NCBI RefSeq assembly: GCF_009914755.1
Contig: NC_060938.1
Reading direction: 5' to 3' (one strand)
Length of the DNA: 64,000 nucleotides
Source of the DNA: the human T2T-CHM13v2.0 reference genome, Homo sapiens
The first letter of the stretch is position 1. Each line of letters opens with the position of its first letter. Below, piece by piece: positions 39,280-54,609 of the stretch. The notes beneath the pieces were generated by a model. The model was not told the origin of the DNA and did no database searches. It saw only the letters and a list, made by a program, of their open reading frames with translations. Both the position numbers and the translations under genes were made by a program.

Positions 39280-41345
39280 CACTTGGCATTCTAGAGACTG
39301 TTCCCCTATCTTTTAGTCATACACTTTTATAGTTTAGAATTTTACTCTTAGCTGTTTGATTTAACTAGAATCTATTATTGTATATGGTGTGAGGTAAAGT
39401 TCTAAAATTATTTCTAAATGGAGGGCCAATTATCTCAAGGTTATTTCTCGAATAGTCTGTGCTCTCCACTAATGTAAGATGCCATCTTTACCACCAACAA
39501 AATTGTCATTTATCCAACAGTTCTTTTTTGTATTCTCTCTTATTTCATTGATCTATTTGTCTGTTTCTTTGTCTGTTTCTAGTACTTAAGCTACTAGAAC
39601 ATGTAAGATGTTTGACATTTTTATTCTTCTTGGACTCAAACAGATGGACTTGAAAATCACTTTATCAAGTTCTATAAACTTTTTATTGGGAATACATAAC
39701 ATTTAAAAGTGAATTTGAGGAATACTGACATCTTTATAGCAGAGTACACCATCTACAAATAGTATGCTCTTGATTTTTTTAAAGCTGTCTTATATCATTG
39801 AGAAAAGCTTATAGTTTTTTTAAAAAATAGAATGTGCACATTTTTTGTAAAGTTTATTTCTACATATTTGTACTGACAAATGTTATTTTTTTTTTGTGAA
39901 CAGGATTTTTTTCCTATTATATTTTCCAATTGGTCATTGTGTATAGAAAACCTATTATCAGGATAAATAGCTAATGCATGCGAGGCTTAATATTTAGGTG
40001 ATGAGTTGATAGGTGCAGCAAACCTCTATGGCACAGGTTTACTTATGTAACAAACCTGCGCATCCTGCACATGTATTCCAGAACTTAAAATTTTTAAAAA
40101 AAGTAATAAAAAAGAAAACCTATTATATATATTCCAGAAACTTATTGAAATCTCTTATTCTTTCTAGTGCTTCTTCAGTTAGAAAGCAAATGATCATATT
40201 GCCTGCACAAAATGGGAACGTAAATTTCTTGCTTTCTTATATTTATTATTTTATCCCTCTTCTCACCTAATTGCTTTGACTAGTACCTCCAGCAAAATGT
40301 CGTATAATAAAGATGATAGCAGGTATCCTTTTCTTGTTCCTGACTTTAATAGGGAGGCTTCTAATGATTCATCGTTGGAAATTATGTTTGTGGGGTTTTA
40401 GGGCATAGGCTAAATGGTACAAGAAGACTCCAAAATACTATGGCTTAAATAAGATAGAAGCTAACTGATCTCTTACATAAGAGTTCACAGTGATAGTCCC
40501 GGGTAGGCAGCACAGGGCTGGTTCTGCTATTCTCCTCAGGTAGCTTCCAAACATGATCAGTCATTGCTGTTTTCCAGCTAGCGGGAGATAGGAGAGGGAT
40601 GTCGAGCTTCCTCTTTAAAGCAGTAACAAGGCAAATTATAGGTATGCCTTCTATTCACATCCCATTGGCTGAAATTAATCACCTGACCACTCTCAATGGC
40701 AAAGGAGCCTGGGAAATGTAGTCTGTAACTTAGTGACCACATACCCACCTAAAGCTATAGTTCTAAACTACAACTAAAGCTAGGGTTTAGGAACCATTAC
40801 AAAAGGGAGGAAGTGAGAATTGATGATGGGGGGGCTACAGCAATCAATGCCACAATGTTCTTTATCAACATAAGGAAATTTCCTCCTATTTCCAGGTAAT
40901 AAAAAGTTTTTTTTTAATTTAAATCTGGGATTAGTTATTTTATTTTACCAGATTATTTTTCAACATATTTTGAGATGACCATATGATTTTCTCTTGTGAT
41001 CTGTTAATAAAGTGAATTTCCTAATGTTGAACCATATTTGCATTTCTGGGATTAGGCTCTACTTGATTAAGTTGTGTGATTTCCATAACAGACCATTGAT
41101 CATATTTTATTTAGGATTTGCTTCTATGTTTATAAGTGATACGGACCTGTAGTTCTCTTTATCTGTGCATTATTTTTGTTTTTAATATCAGGGTGATGCC
41201 AACCTGAAAGGATGGGCTGGGAAGCTTCCTATGCTCTATAAAAGTCAATAGATCTAAAACTATTTTTTAAAGGTTTGGGGGAATTTGTTCTTAAAACGAT
41301 CTGGCATGGTGATTTTTTTTTTAAAGAGATAGATCTTTGATTACT
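39280..41345 (-). mobile_element. Old L1M ORF2 remnant with nested L1PA tail and MLT1 LTR (about 40390-40855)
   Basis: ttgtatatggtgtgaggta, tatccttttcttgttcctgacttt, gttgaaccatatttgcatttctggga. Confidence 0.7.
39959..40112 (+). mobile_element. Severely 5'-truncated L1PA 3' end with 14-bp TSD
   Basis: aaatagctaatgcatg...gataggtgcagcaaac...aacttaaaa plus A-tail; TSD agaaaacctattat at 39945-39958 and 40113-40126. Confidence 0.88.
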
Positions 41346-41801
41346 GCGGCAGAGACTCCTAATTGTCCACAACCTTGGTTCTCTCCTTTTTCTAAGATAA
41401 GAGAACCCTTGACTTGTAGCTGAGTGAAATGCCTAGAAGGAGACACTTTCCTGGCTTCTCTGTGGCTAGAGGTGGCCAAGTTTCAAAACCCAGGCTGTGA
41501 AAAGTTTCAGATTTTCCGTTGTGAAGACAAGTAATGTTTGTGTGCCACTTCTGGCACACGCCTTTAAATGTGGAAGTGTTCCCCTTATTTCCTCAATTTG
41601 CTGCTTTGAAAGGGGACTGAGAGGTGGGTCAGGTAGCAAGTTAGGGTGGCAAATCCAGAAGGCAGAAGGAGCCTGGGTTCTTAGTGCCATGAAGCTGCCA
41701 TGCCAGCTCCTAGACAGGTGAGTGGACGTTTCTCTTTTCTTTGAGCCACTTATTTTGTGTTTTTGCTATAACTGCTAAGCCTACATTTAATTCATATAAG
41801 C

Positions 41802-42000
41802 CAGGGGTCCCCAGCCCCTGTGGTGGAAGGAGACAGAAGGAGGAAGGAGTGGCAGGCAAGCAAGTGAAGCTTCATCTGAATTTACAGTCACTCCTCATTG
41901 CTCGCATTGCCGCCTGAGCTCTGCCTCCTGTCAGATCGGTGGCTGCATCAGATTCTCATAGGAGCGCGGACCCTATTGAGAACTGTGCATGCAAGGGATC
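41802..42000 (+). mobile_element. MER1A 5' part (truncated)
   Basis: caggggtcccc...gaagcttcatctg...cctgagctctgcctcctgtcagatc...gggatc, then stops. Confidence 0.85.
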
Positions 42001-42268
42001 CCTGTGGAGGGAGCCACAGGCAAGCACCAGAGGGCAATCACAAGGAGCTGAGGGGACCCCCAGGTGATCGCCAAGAAGAACTTACAGTCCCAAGGAACCG
42101 AATTCTGCCAATAGCAGGAATTGCTTGGAAGAGGACACCAAGCTGCAGGTGAGAAAGCAGCCAGCCAACACCCTCAGTGTAGCCTTGTGAAGTCCTGAGC
42201 AGAGTCCCGCGATGTCATCATGACACCTGACCTTCTGAACTAAGATAATAAATGGATGTTGTTTTAGG
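42001..42268 (+). mobile_element. MLT1E-like LTR fragment
   Basis: caaggaaccgaattctgcca...agccttgtga...taagataataaatggatgttgtttta. Confidence 0.7.
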
Positions 42269-42403
42269 TAGCAGTCCCCAACTTTTTTGGCACCAGGGAC
42301 CAGTTTCAGGGAAGACAATTTTTTTTTTTTTCACGAACCAGGGGTTGGTGGGGGATGGTTTTGGGATGATTCAAGCCCTTTACATTTATTGTGCACTTTA
42401 TTT
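42269..42403 (-). mobile_element. MER1A 3' part (truncated at the L1)
   Basis: cagtccccaacttttttggcaccagggacc...gggatgattcaag...acatttattgtgcacttta. Confidence 0.85.
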
Positions 42404-42631
42404 ATTTTATTTTATTTTTATTTTTTATTATACTTTAAGTTTTAGGGTACATGTGCACAACGTGCAGGTTTGTTACATATGTATACATGTGCCATGCTGG
42501 TGTGCTGCACCCATTAACTTGTCATTTAGCATTAGGTATATCTTCTAATACTATCCCTCCCCCCTCCCCCTACCCCACAACAGGCCCTGGTGTGTGATGT
42601 TCCCCTTCCTGTGTCCATGTGTTGTCATTGT

Positions 42632-45672
<3,041 letters not shown>

Positions 45673-46244
45673 ATGAAATAAGTGATTTTTATTTTTACCA
45701 CCATACATTTTGAATTCTTCAAAATTTCTCTATTTCATGTAGAGATAATATTACATGTATTATTTTTATTTTTATGTTTTGTGATTAGGATGGTCCATTT
45801 AAAATGCTGGTATTTGACCAATTTTGATTTATGCAAATGGCAATTTCATGTAGTTCAAACTAAAATTTTATTTTCAGAAAAACAAAGCTAATAAGGGATC
45901 TAATTAAAAAAGAAATCGACCCTAATATAGTGGGGAATTTGGGGCAAAAAATCGGATAAGAAGCAGCTCTTCTGTTTAGATTGAAAATTGAAGAGGATGT
46001 CATGAAGGTCTCAAGTCAATGAAAGAAGCTGAAACAGATGGAAAGCAAGGAGGTAAAGCAGTGAATGGACCTTGGGGACCCACATTTATACATGAAAGCA
46101 AGGAGGCACTCCTAGAGAAATGCCCACAGAGGGCACACCAGGAAGGCACACTACAGTTGCAAGAACGAACGGGAAAACAGAGGAAGTGAGGTCAGCTGAA
46201 GGGAGATAAAGGGCAGAGCCTCCACAAGCCAGCCTATGAGTGCC

Positions 46245-47018
46245 CCTCTCCCCTTGCTCTCCTTCCCTTCCTCCTCCCTCCCTTCCTCCCTCCTTCTTTC
46301 CTTCCTTCCCAGCCTTGCTTCCCTCCCTTCCATCCGTCCTTTCTTCCATCCCTCCCTCCCTCCCTTCCTCCCTACATCCTTCCTCTCTCTCCCTCCCTCC
46401 CTTCCATCCTTCCTCCCTCTCTCCCTTCCATCCTTCCTCCCTCCCTTCTTCCTCCTTCCCTTCCTTCTTCCTTCCTTCCTTCCCTTCCTCCTTCCCTTCT
46501 TTCCTTCCATCCTTCCTCCTTCCCTTCCTTCCTTCCTTCCTTCATCCTTCCCTCCCTCCCTGCCTTCCATCCTTCCTCCTTCCTTCCTCCCTCCCTTCCT
46601 TCTTTCCTTCCTCCCTCCCTCCCTCGCTTGCTTCCTCTCTCCCTCCCTTCCTTCCTATCTTCATTCCTTCCTTCCTCCCTCCCTCCTTCCTTCTTTCTTC
46701 CTTCCTTCCCTCCTTCTTTCTTTCTTTCCTTCCTTCTTCCCTTCCTTCCTCCCTCCCTCACTCCCTCCTTCCTTCTTTCCTTCCTTCCTCCCTCCCTCAC
46801 TCCCTCCTTCTTTCTTTCCTTCCTTCCTCCCTCCCTCACTCCCTCCTTCCTTCTTTCCTTCCTCCTCCCTTCCTCCCTCCTTCCTTCTTTCCTTACCTCC
46901 TTCCTTCTTCCCTCCCCTCTCCCTTCCTTCCTTCCTTCCTTCCTTCCTTCCTTCCTTCCTTCCTTCCTTCCTTCCTCTGTCCCTCTCTCCCTCCCTCCCT
47001 TTCTTCTTTCTTTTTCTC
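46245..47018. repeat. Polypyrimidine/polypurine (CCTT/CCCT)n tract, about 770 bp
   Basis: Almost exclusively C/T on the plus strand. Confidence 0.97.
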
Positions 47019-47234
47019 AGGTCATGTTATACAAGACACCATACCACACCCCACGTTGTGACGATAATGCTCACAGCTAGTGAGGAAGGCCATAGAAAGC
47101 ACACTTCGGTGCCTGCATTGAATGGTACAAGACAGCACCCCCCAGCCTAAAAGCGGGTCAGCCTTGCCAACCCAGGCATGGAGAGGCAGCAGGGAATGAA
47201 GTTTCTGGTTAGTTCAGTGATCTGCCTTACCAGA

Positions 47235-47660
47235 TGTATTCATGTGCTAAGGCTGCTGTCACAAAGCACCACAAACTGGGTGACTTAAGCAACAGACGTT
47301 CATTCTTTCCCAGTGTTGGAGGCCAGAAGTCCAAGATCAAGGTGTGGGCAGGGTTGTGCCCCCTCTGAAGGCTCTTGGGAGGGATCCATTCCAGGTCTGT
47401 CTCTGAGCTTCTGGTAACTCCTTGGCTTGTGGCAGCAGAACTCCCTTCAAATCGTATTCTCCCTGTATGTGTGTCTGTGACCACGTTTCCTCTTTTTATA
47501 AGGACACCTGTCATATTGAGGTAGGGCTCACCCTACTCCAGTATGACCTCCTCCTAACCATTACATCTGCTATGACCCTATTTCCAAATAAGGTCATATT
47601 CTTAGGAGCTCAGAGTTAGGACTTCAAGGTAGGAATTTAGGGGGATACAATTCCGCCGTG
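47235..47660 (-). mobile_element. MLT1B/C-like solo LTR
   Basis: ggctgctgtcacaaagcaccacaaactgggtgactta...ttacatctgctatgaccctatttccaaataaggtca. Confidence 0.85.
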
Positions 47661-48076
47661 AATATTGGGTAATGTGGAAATCATTCTTATTTATTTCAGA
47701 AAAGTGGTTTTTATTTCAGAAAAGTTTCCTAAAACAAATAGTTATATCTCCCTCTACAGCATAGCAAAAAGAGTCTTGGCACTCAATAAGACAGGGACCT
47801 ACTGTCTTGGGTTGGGGGTGGGGGAGTCTCTACCATCCTGAGGTCCAGGGGCAGGACTGTAGGGGTTGTGTGAGGCAGAGCTGGAGTCCTAGAAGCTGGG
47901 GTTTGTCTCTGAGAAGCCCTATGAAGAGCTAAGCCTCTGGAATCTGGCGCATTAACCATCTCACCCAAAGGGGATGTGTGACCTCAGCATGTCACTCGTT
48001 AAGCACCTACCTCCCCAGTCACAGCTTCTTACCTCCAAAATACAGGAGACATGCCTCATGGGGTTGTGTGGGGAAC

Positions 48077-48530
48077 TGTGGTAGCCTGAATAATGCCCCC
48101 CAAATATATCAGGACCCAATCCCTGGAACCTGTAAATGTTACCTGATTTGGAAAAGTGTCTTTGCAGATGTGATAGAGTTACTGCCTCAAAATGGGCAGA
48201 TCATCCTGGATTATCTGGCGGGCCCTAAATACTATCACCTATATCCTTATAAGAGAGAGGCAAGAGGAGATGTGACACACACACAAAGGAGAAGGCAATG
48301 TGATAATAGAGGCAGAGATTAGAGGGATGCGGCCATAGGCCAAGGGATGTGGGCAGCCACGTGGAAGAGCCACCAGGAGATGCAACAGATTCTCCTCTAG
48401 AGCCTTGATTTCAGCACAGTGATGCTGACTTCAGAGGTCTGGCCACTAGAACTGTGAGAGGGTCCCCTTCTGTTTGTTAAAGCCACCCAGTGTATTGTGA
48501 TTTGTTATAGCAGCCACAGGAATCAACACA
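48077..48530 (+). mobile_element. MLT1C/D-like solo LTR
   Basis: tgtggtagcctgaataatgcccccc...ccctggaacctgtaaatgttacc...tttgttatagcagccacagg. Confidence 0.85.
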
Positions 48531-48882
48531 GAACTAAGCGAGGCAGCCTCCGTGGAGTGCTGAGGGCCCACCCGTGAATGGTTGCTGTGGATTGCAGACA
48601 ACCTCAGTGGGGGCTACTGTGCATTCTTGAATGCCTGACAGGGCAATGCTATGTGTTCTTCAGTCCGTATTTTCCAAGTACTGTTCACGAGTCAGCCCCT
48701 GTCTCCTGGTGCTTTCAGGCAGCATGACAGGCACAGAAGCAAGGGATCGGAACATTCTGGATGCAGAACACCATAGAAGAGTATGAAGCAGAGGAGTGAA
48801 ATCTCCAGGTGGGAATGGGAGAGGCCACTCTGGCTGCGGCACCAAGAGGCCAGAAGACCCTCAAGAGGCTGATGGAGGCCAG

Positions 48883-50142
48883 CAGGGCCACACTCTGGCT
48901 GTCATGAGTCTGAGACACTATTGTCTTTGCGGGTCTCTTCCTCTAAGAAAAAATATTAAAAATACTACCTCTCACCCATTGGGATGGCCACTATCAACCA
49001 AATCAAACCAAAAAACAGAAGTGAACAGTGCTGATGAAGATGTGGAGAAGTTGGAACCTTTGCCTACCATTGGTAGGAATGTAAAATGGTGTAGCTGATG
49101 GGGAAAACAATATGGTGCTTTCTCAAAAAATTAAAAATAGAATTCTCATATGATCCCCAGCAATTCCACTTCTGGGTATATACTCAAAAGAATTGCAAGT
49201 AGGGACTCACGGATATTTATATGCCCATGTTCACAGCGGCATTATTGACAATAATCAAAAGATGGAAGCAACCCAAGTGTCCACCTATAGACGACTGGAA
49301 AGCAAATGTGGTCCATCCATACAATGGGATATTATCCAGCCTTAAAGAGGAAGATGATTCTGACACGTACTGCAACATGCATGGACCTGGAGTTCATTAT
49401 GCCGAGTGAAATAAGCCAGGCACAAAAAGACAAATACTACCAGGGCCAGGAGTTCAAGACCAGCCTGAGCAACACAACGAGATCCCTCTCTCTACAAAAA
49501 ATTTAAAAATTAGCTAGGTATAGGGGTGCATGCCTATAGTCTCAGCTTCTTGGGAGGCTAAGGCAGGAGGATTGATTGAGCCCAAGAGTTCAAAGCTGCA
49601 GTGAGCTATGATCATGCCACTGCACACCAGCCTTGGTGACAGATTGAGACCCTGTCTTTTTAAAATAAACAAACAAAAAATATTGTATGATTCCACTTAT
49701 ATAAAGTACCAATAGTAGTCAAATTCATAGAGACAGAGAAGAGAATGGTAGTTGCCAGGGACTGTGGGAGAGGAGAATGGAGAATTGTATAACGGGTACA
49801 GAGCTTCAGTTTGGCAAGTGAAAAGAGTTCTGGAGATAGGTTGCACATCAATGTAAATGAATTTAACACAACTGAACTGTACACTAAAAAATTGTTAGGA
49901 TGGTAAATTTTATGTATATTTTATCACAATAAAAAATTTAAATGTGTTAAAGCTATATTTTTTGAATGCATGAGTATAAAGACAAATATATTAACATTGC
50001 ATATTAAAACGTTTTCTGTGATCTAAAACTTCTTTTTTCCTCCCCTCTAATTCTGAAAGAAAGTCAGACGTGTTTGTAGGCTCTGGAAAGTATCAGGGGC
50101 CTGGCTCTGGGCCTGTGCTGCCTGGTGGGGAAGTCAGCCCTG
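48883..50142 (-). mobile_element. ORSL-like hAT-Tip100 element interrupted by L1MB
   Basis: Termini cagggcc ... aagtcagccctg; body gtataaagacaaatatattaacatt. Confidence 0.6.
48960..49945 (+). mobile_element. L1MB 3' end containing a truncated Alu (49443-49680, plus)
   Basis: gatgtggagaagttggaacc...gatggaagcaacccaagtgtcca...gtagtcaaattcatagagacagag...ggtaaattttatg. Confidence 0.88.
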
Positions 50143-52249
50143 TGGGCAGGGCCAGTTGGCAGGTGCCAGGGCCTTTCTGAAAAGGGAGAGCCCAGGGTGG
50201 GTGCAATAGCTGCAAAGCCATGCTGCAGACCCACAGGACTCTACCCCCATCTCCGTGCCAGACCCCCGGGGTGTGCTTGTGGGAGGTTTCATGCCCCCTT
50301 TTGTTGCTCAAACATGCCCAGTGGTTTGTCCATCATAAGCAAAGCTTCTAGAACAAAGGTTTGAGTAGGGACATGCTCTCCTTAGATCTGAGCTTCCTCC
50401 TCCTTCTCTCAACTTCTGCACTTCAACTAAGTGGATAACGGGTTCTCCTGAAAGAACTGAACTCTGTATGCAAAAAAAAAAAAAAGTCATCCTTTGAACA
50501 ACCTTGTCTGAGGGTTTGTCTGAGGTTTCTAATCCCCGCTGTTGGGAATAAAGGCAAAGCCCTACCTTGATGAAAAGACAAAAGGTGTAGGGGGTGGTAG
50601 GGGGCCCATGGCCAAGCTACTGGGTATGTTGGAAGTCCGAATTTTACAATTTCTCTCTGCACATTTTACTTTTTAGAATCGTACACATGAATCAACTGAT
50701 CTACAGCAAGGATCTAATAAGTAAAATGAGGTAAATTAACATAAAAGAGCAATTCACAATAGGCTTCCATTTCACAATAACATGTAAGCACAAAGGCCCC
50801 AGGTTATAGCGTTCATTTTGAATTTGTTACTCCATAAGAATAACCTACACGAGGCTTGAATAATTGAAAATTCCTAATTACGGTTCCAAAGAGTGGGGTT
50901 TTCCAGCCTCTTGTGAGTGACGTTCTAGACAGTCTGGCTAAACCTGTCCTAAAGGGAGAGGGAGATGCTCTCCCTCCTGCCTTTCTTCCCTGAACAAAAG
51001 CTACGATGCCTTTGTCAGGCCCCTCTTGGAAACACAATATCAATCTTGCCTTATCCATATTATTGATGGGTTGTGGGTATTCTACTGTAATTATGTCAAA
51101 AATGAAATATTTCAAAATGTGATTGGCAGGCTGATTGCAATAATGCATGTGATTAAGCCCAGCGCTTGCTTATGCAACCTAAGAGAGAATGTCAGTGGCA
51201 ATTAACTGTATTTTCTTTAAAGTTTGCCAAGATTTCTCTTATTTTTTCATTGTTTTGTTGTAAAATAACCCTCCAAGGCCCCTGGTGGTAGGCATATTTA
51301 AGTATTCTTCCTGGGAAGAACCAATGGGGTTGGAGGCAGGGATAATAGGAATCTTCAACTCCCATCACTGCTAGGTAAGCTTTGTCAGCCTCTGGAAGGG
51401 AGGAAGGGACTCGAACCAGGGACAAAGGCTGTGTGGATTGTGTGTGTGTGTGTGTTATGTGTGTGTGTCACTTTGTCCCAGGCTCTCTTTGTGTCTGTCT
51501 CTCTTTCACCATCTTTTTTCCCCATCCCTTCAATTCAGAATCCTCAGAGAAGGGGCTGATTGGCTCAGCTTGGGTGAGATGACCCGTGTACTGCCATCTT
51601 GCACGGTGTAACTTCCTGCTTCATGACCCATTGCGTTGGTCACAGATGGGCTGACTTGATGAGTAGGTCCATGCCCCCATGTGAAGGAGCAGGTGTCCCA
51701 GTTGTCTGCAGAAGCTGTGCAAACACTTCAAGGCCACTGCGGCAACTGGGACCCCAGGAATAGGCTGGGCTGAAGTCCAGCTCTTCTCTCACTTCTGTTC
51801 AATGAACAATTTCAGAGAATCTGCTATGTACCAGGCCCCAGTATGGATCGTGATAGGGGTAGAGTCAGGGAGATGAGACCCCTCCCTGTGCAGCGGAGTT
51901 CATGTGGAATTGCAGAATCATAAGAGGCCTGGCTGACCCTCCCCAGCAATCTGGCTGCTCTTCTGCTGACGAGAACCCCTCTGTGGAAAGGAGAGTCTTG
52001 TCTTGGTCACATCCAGATATTCTGGGTTTTGTCTTCAGATGGGAGAGAGTGAGCCCACTGCCAGAGTCCCCAAAGTGAAGCAGAACATGGATGCTTATGG
52101 AATGGAGAACTTGTCCCTCACAGTCCTGGGGGTTATCCAAATTTTGGATGTCACTTATTCTTATAAGCCCTTCCAGATTCCCTGGGTCAGGTTGGGAGCC
52201 TCTTCTCTGCATTGTGTTCATTTTGAACTTAGCACGTTGCTTTTCACAT

Positions 52250-52923
<674 letters not shown>

Positions 52924-53054
52924 CTTTGTGATGAGTTTTTCTCTCAAGGGGACACTTGAACACAAAGAGACATGTGTCCTACTCGTCTCGGTACATGGGG
53001 CCCAGGACATGAGAGGAGTTCCAGGAAGGCACGTTTGCGAAACAAATCAACCTC

Positions 53055-53487
53055 GTATTAGTTTCCCAGGGCTGCTGTAACAAAGTACCACAAACTGCTT
53101 GGCTTAGAACAACAAAAATTTATTGTCTCACAGTGCTGGAGGCTAGAAGCCCAAGATCAAAGTGTGGGAAGGGCCATGTTCCCTCTGAAGGTGCTAGGGA
53201 AGGCTCTGTTCCAGGCCTCTTTTGGAGCTTCTGGTAGCTCCTTGGTTTGTGACCGCAGACTCTGATGTTCACACAGTATGCTCCCTGGGTGTGTATCTGT
53301 GTCCTACTTTCCTCTTGTATTAAGCATATCAGTTGTGATGTATTAGGGGCTCACCCTACTCCAGTATGGCTTCATCTTAACAAATTATATCTACAATGAC
53401 CCTGATTTCAGGTAAGCTCTGATTTTAGGTACTGGGGGTTAGGACTTCAACATATGAATTTTTGAGAGACAAAATTCAACCACAACA
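53055..53487 (-). mobile_element. MLT1B/C-like solo LTR
   Basis: gtattagtttcccagggctgctgtaacaaagtaccacaaact...ggggttaggacttcaacatatgaattt. Confidence 0.85.
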
Positions 53488-53651
53488 ATCCTTTAGGCTC
53501 ATGGTAAGGCTCTTCCTCCCAGACCTGATAGATAGTTTGCAAGTTTAATACCTCAGTGTGACCCTGTGATACCTGCCACTGAGACAGAGAAGCCCCCATC
53601 ATGAGACAGAGAAACCGTCATAATGTCACAGAGACTGTTAGGTTCAGAACC

Positions 53652-53762
53652 AGGAGCTGAGCACAGGTCTCTGATTATATTTCACTCTGAAATGTGAATG
53701 ACACATAACAAAGCACTCTGAAACATGAGTGAAATATGATCAGAGACCTGTGCTCAGCTCCT
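53652..53762. repeat. 36-bp inverted repeat with 39-nt spacer (hairpin)
   Basis: aggagctgagcacaggtctctgattatatttcactc (53652-53687) vs gagtgaaatatgatcagagacctgtgctcagctcct (53727-53762): 35/36 complementary. Confidence 0.95.
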
Positions 53763-54295
53763 CTCTGGCAGTATCTTGGTGAGGATGCTCTCCCTAGGAC
53801 CCTCCCCAAACCCTTTCCCCTTCCTGCAGAATGGCTTCCCCTCCCCAAGGCCTCTCAGCACCTCCCCTGCACTTCCAATACCAAAAGCAATGGGAGGCTA
53901 TGCTTCGTCTTCGGCAATGTCTAGGCAGACTTTGAGCCTTGGGAGAAGATGAATGTCTTGAAGTGCCCAAAAGTGCCTTCCTTGAAGGGAGGCTTTGGCT
54001 GGCTTTGCAGTGAGGTCTTCGATTTGACCCAGGAACATAAGAAATCACTGCAGAGATGGTCTTGCCATGGGAACAAAACGACTAACGTGGTGTTGTTGCT
54101 TGGCTCCTGGAATTGTATTAAATTCTTATTAATTAATGAAGCCCACCTACTAATGAGGTTCTCCATATTTATGGCCATGTTCCTTCTCAAGGGACACTGG
54201 ACCCCAGTGCTTCAGAATTGTGGCTATGAAGTGACACATGCTAGGGCAGAGGACATGGTAAGATTGTGCTGTGAAATAGGAAATGTGTCTGAGAA

Positions 54296-54360
54296 GTGTG
54301 TGTGCGTGCGTGTGTGTGTGCGTGTGTGCATGCGTGTGTGTGTGCATGCGTGCGTGTGCA
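54296..54360. repeat. Alternating purine-pyrimidine (TG/CG/CA)n tract, Z-DNA-prone
   Basis: gtgtgtgtgcgtgcgtgtgtgtgtgcgtgtgtgcatgcgtg... Confidence 0.85.
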
Positions 54361-54391
54361 CTGCTCCCAATCTTTTCACAAGACTGAGAAA

Positions 54392-54570
54392 TTTTTAATT
54401 GTGTAAAATACACATAACATAAAATTTCCCATCCTAACCATTTTTAAATGCACACAGTTCAGTAGCATTAACCATATTCCCACTGTTGTGAAACCGTCAG
54501 TACCATCCATCTTCGGAATTCTTCATTTTCCAAATGGAGACTCTGTAGCTATCAAACAGTAACTTCTGTT
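54392..54570 (-). mobile_element. L1MB 3' end fragment
   Basis: aaaatacacataacataaaattt..catcctaaccatttttaa...cagttcagtagcattaa. Confidence 0.75.
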
Positions 54571-54609
54571 CACAGGATGGTTTCACTAGATGAACTTCAA
54601 CTTGAATTT

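Noticed and set aside
42024-42037. CTCF-like GCACCAGAGGGCAA
   Set aside because: Lies inside a degraded MLT1 fragment with no other support
45831-45838. Isolated octamer ATGCAAAT (also at about 1020, 24075 and 26227)
   Set aside because: A few 8-mer hits are expected by chance in 64 kb; no supporting motif cluster
46086-47150. Long ORFs (304, 273, 155, 150, 139 aa) rich in P/S/F/L or E/G/R/K
   Set aside because: Artefacts of the stop-free (CCTT)n tract; low complexity in every frame
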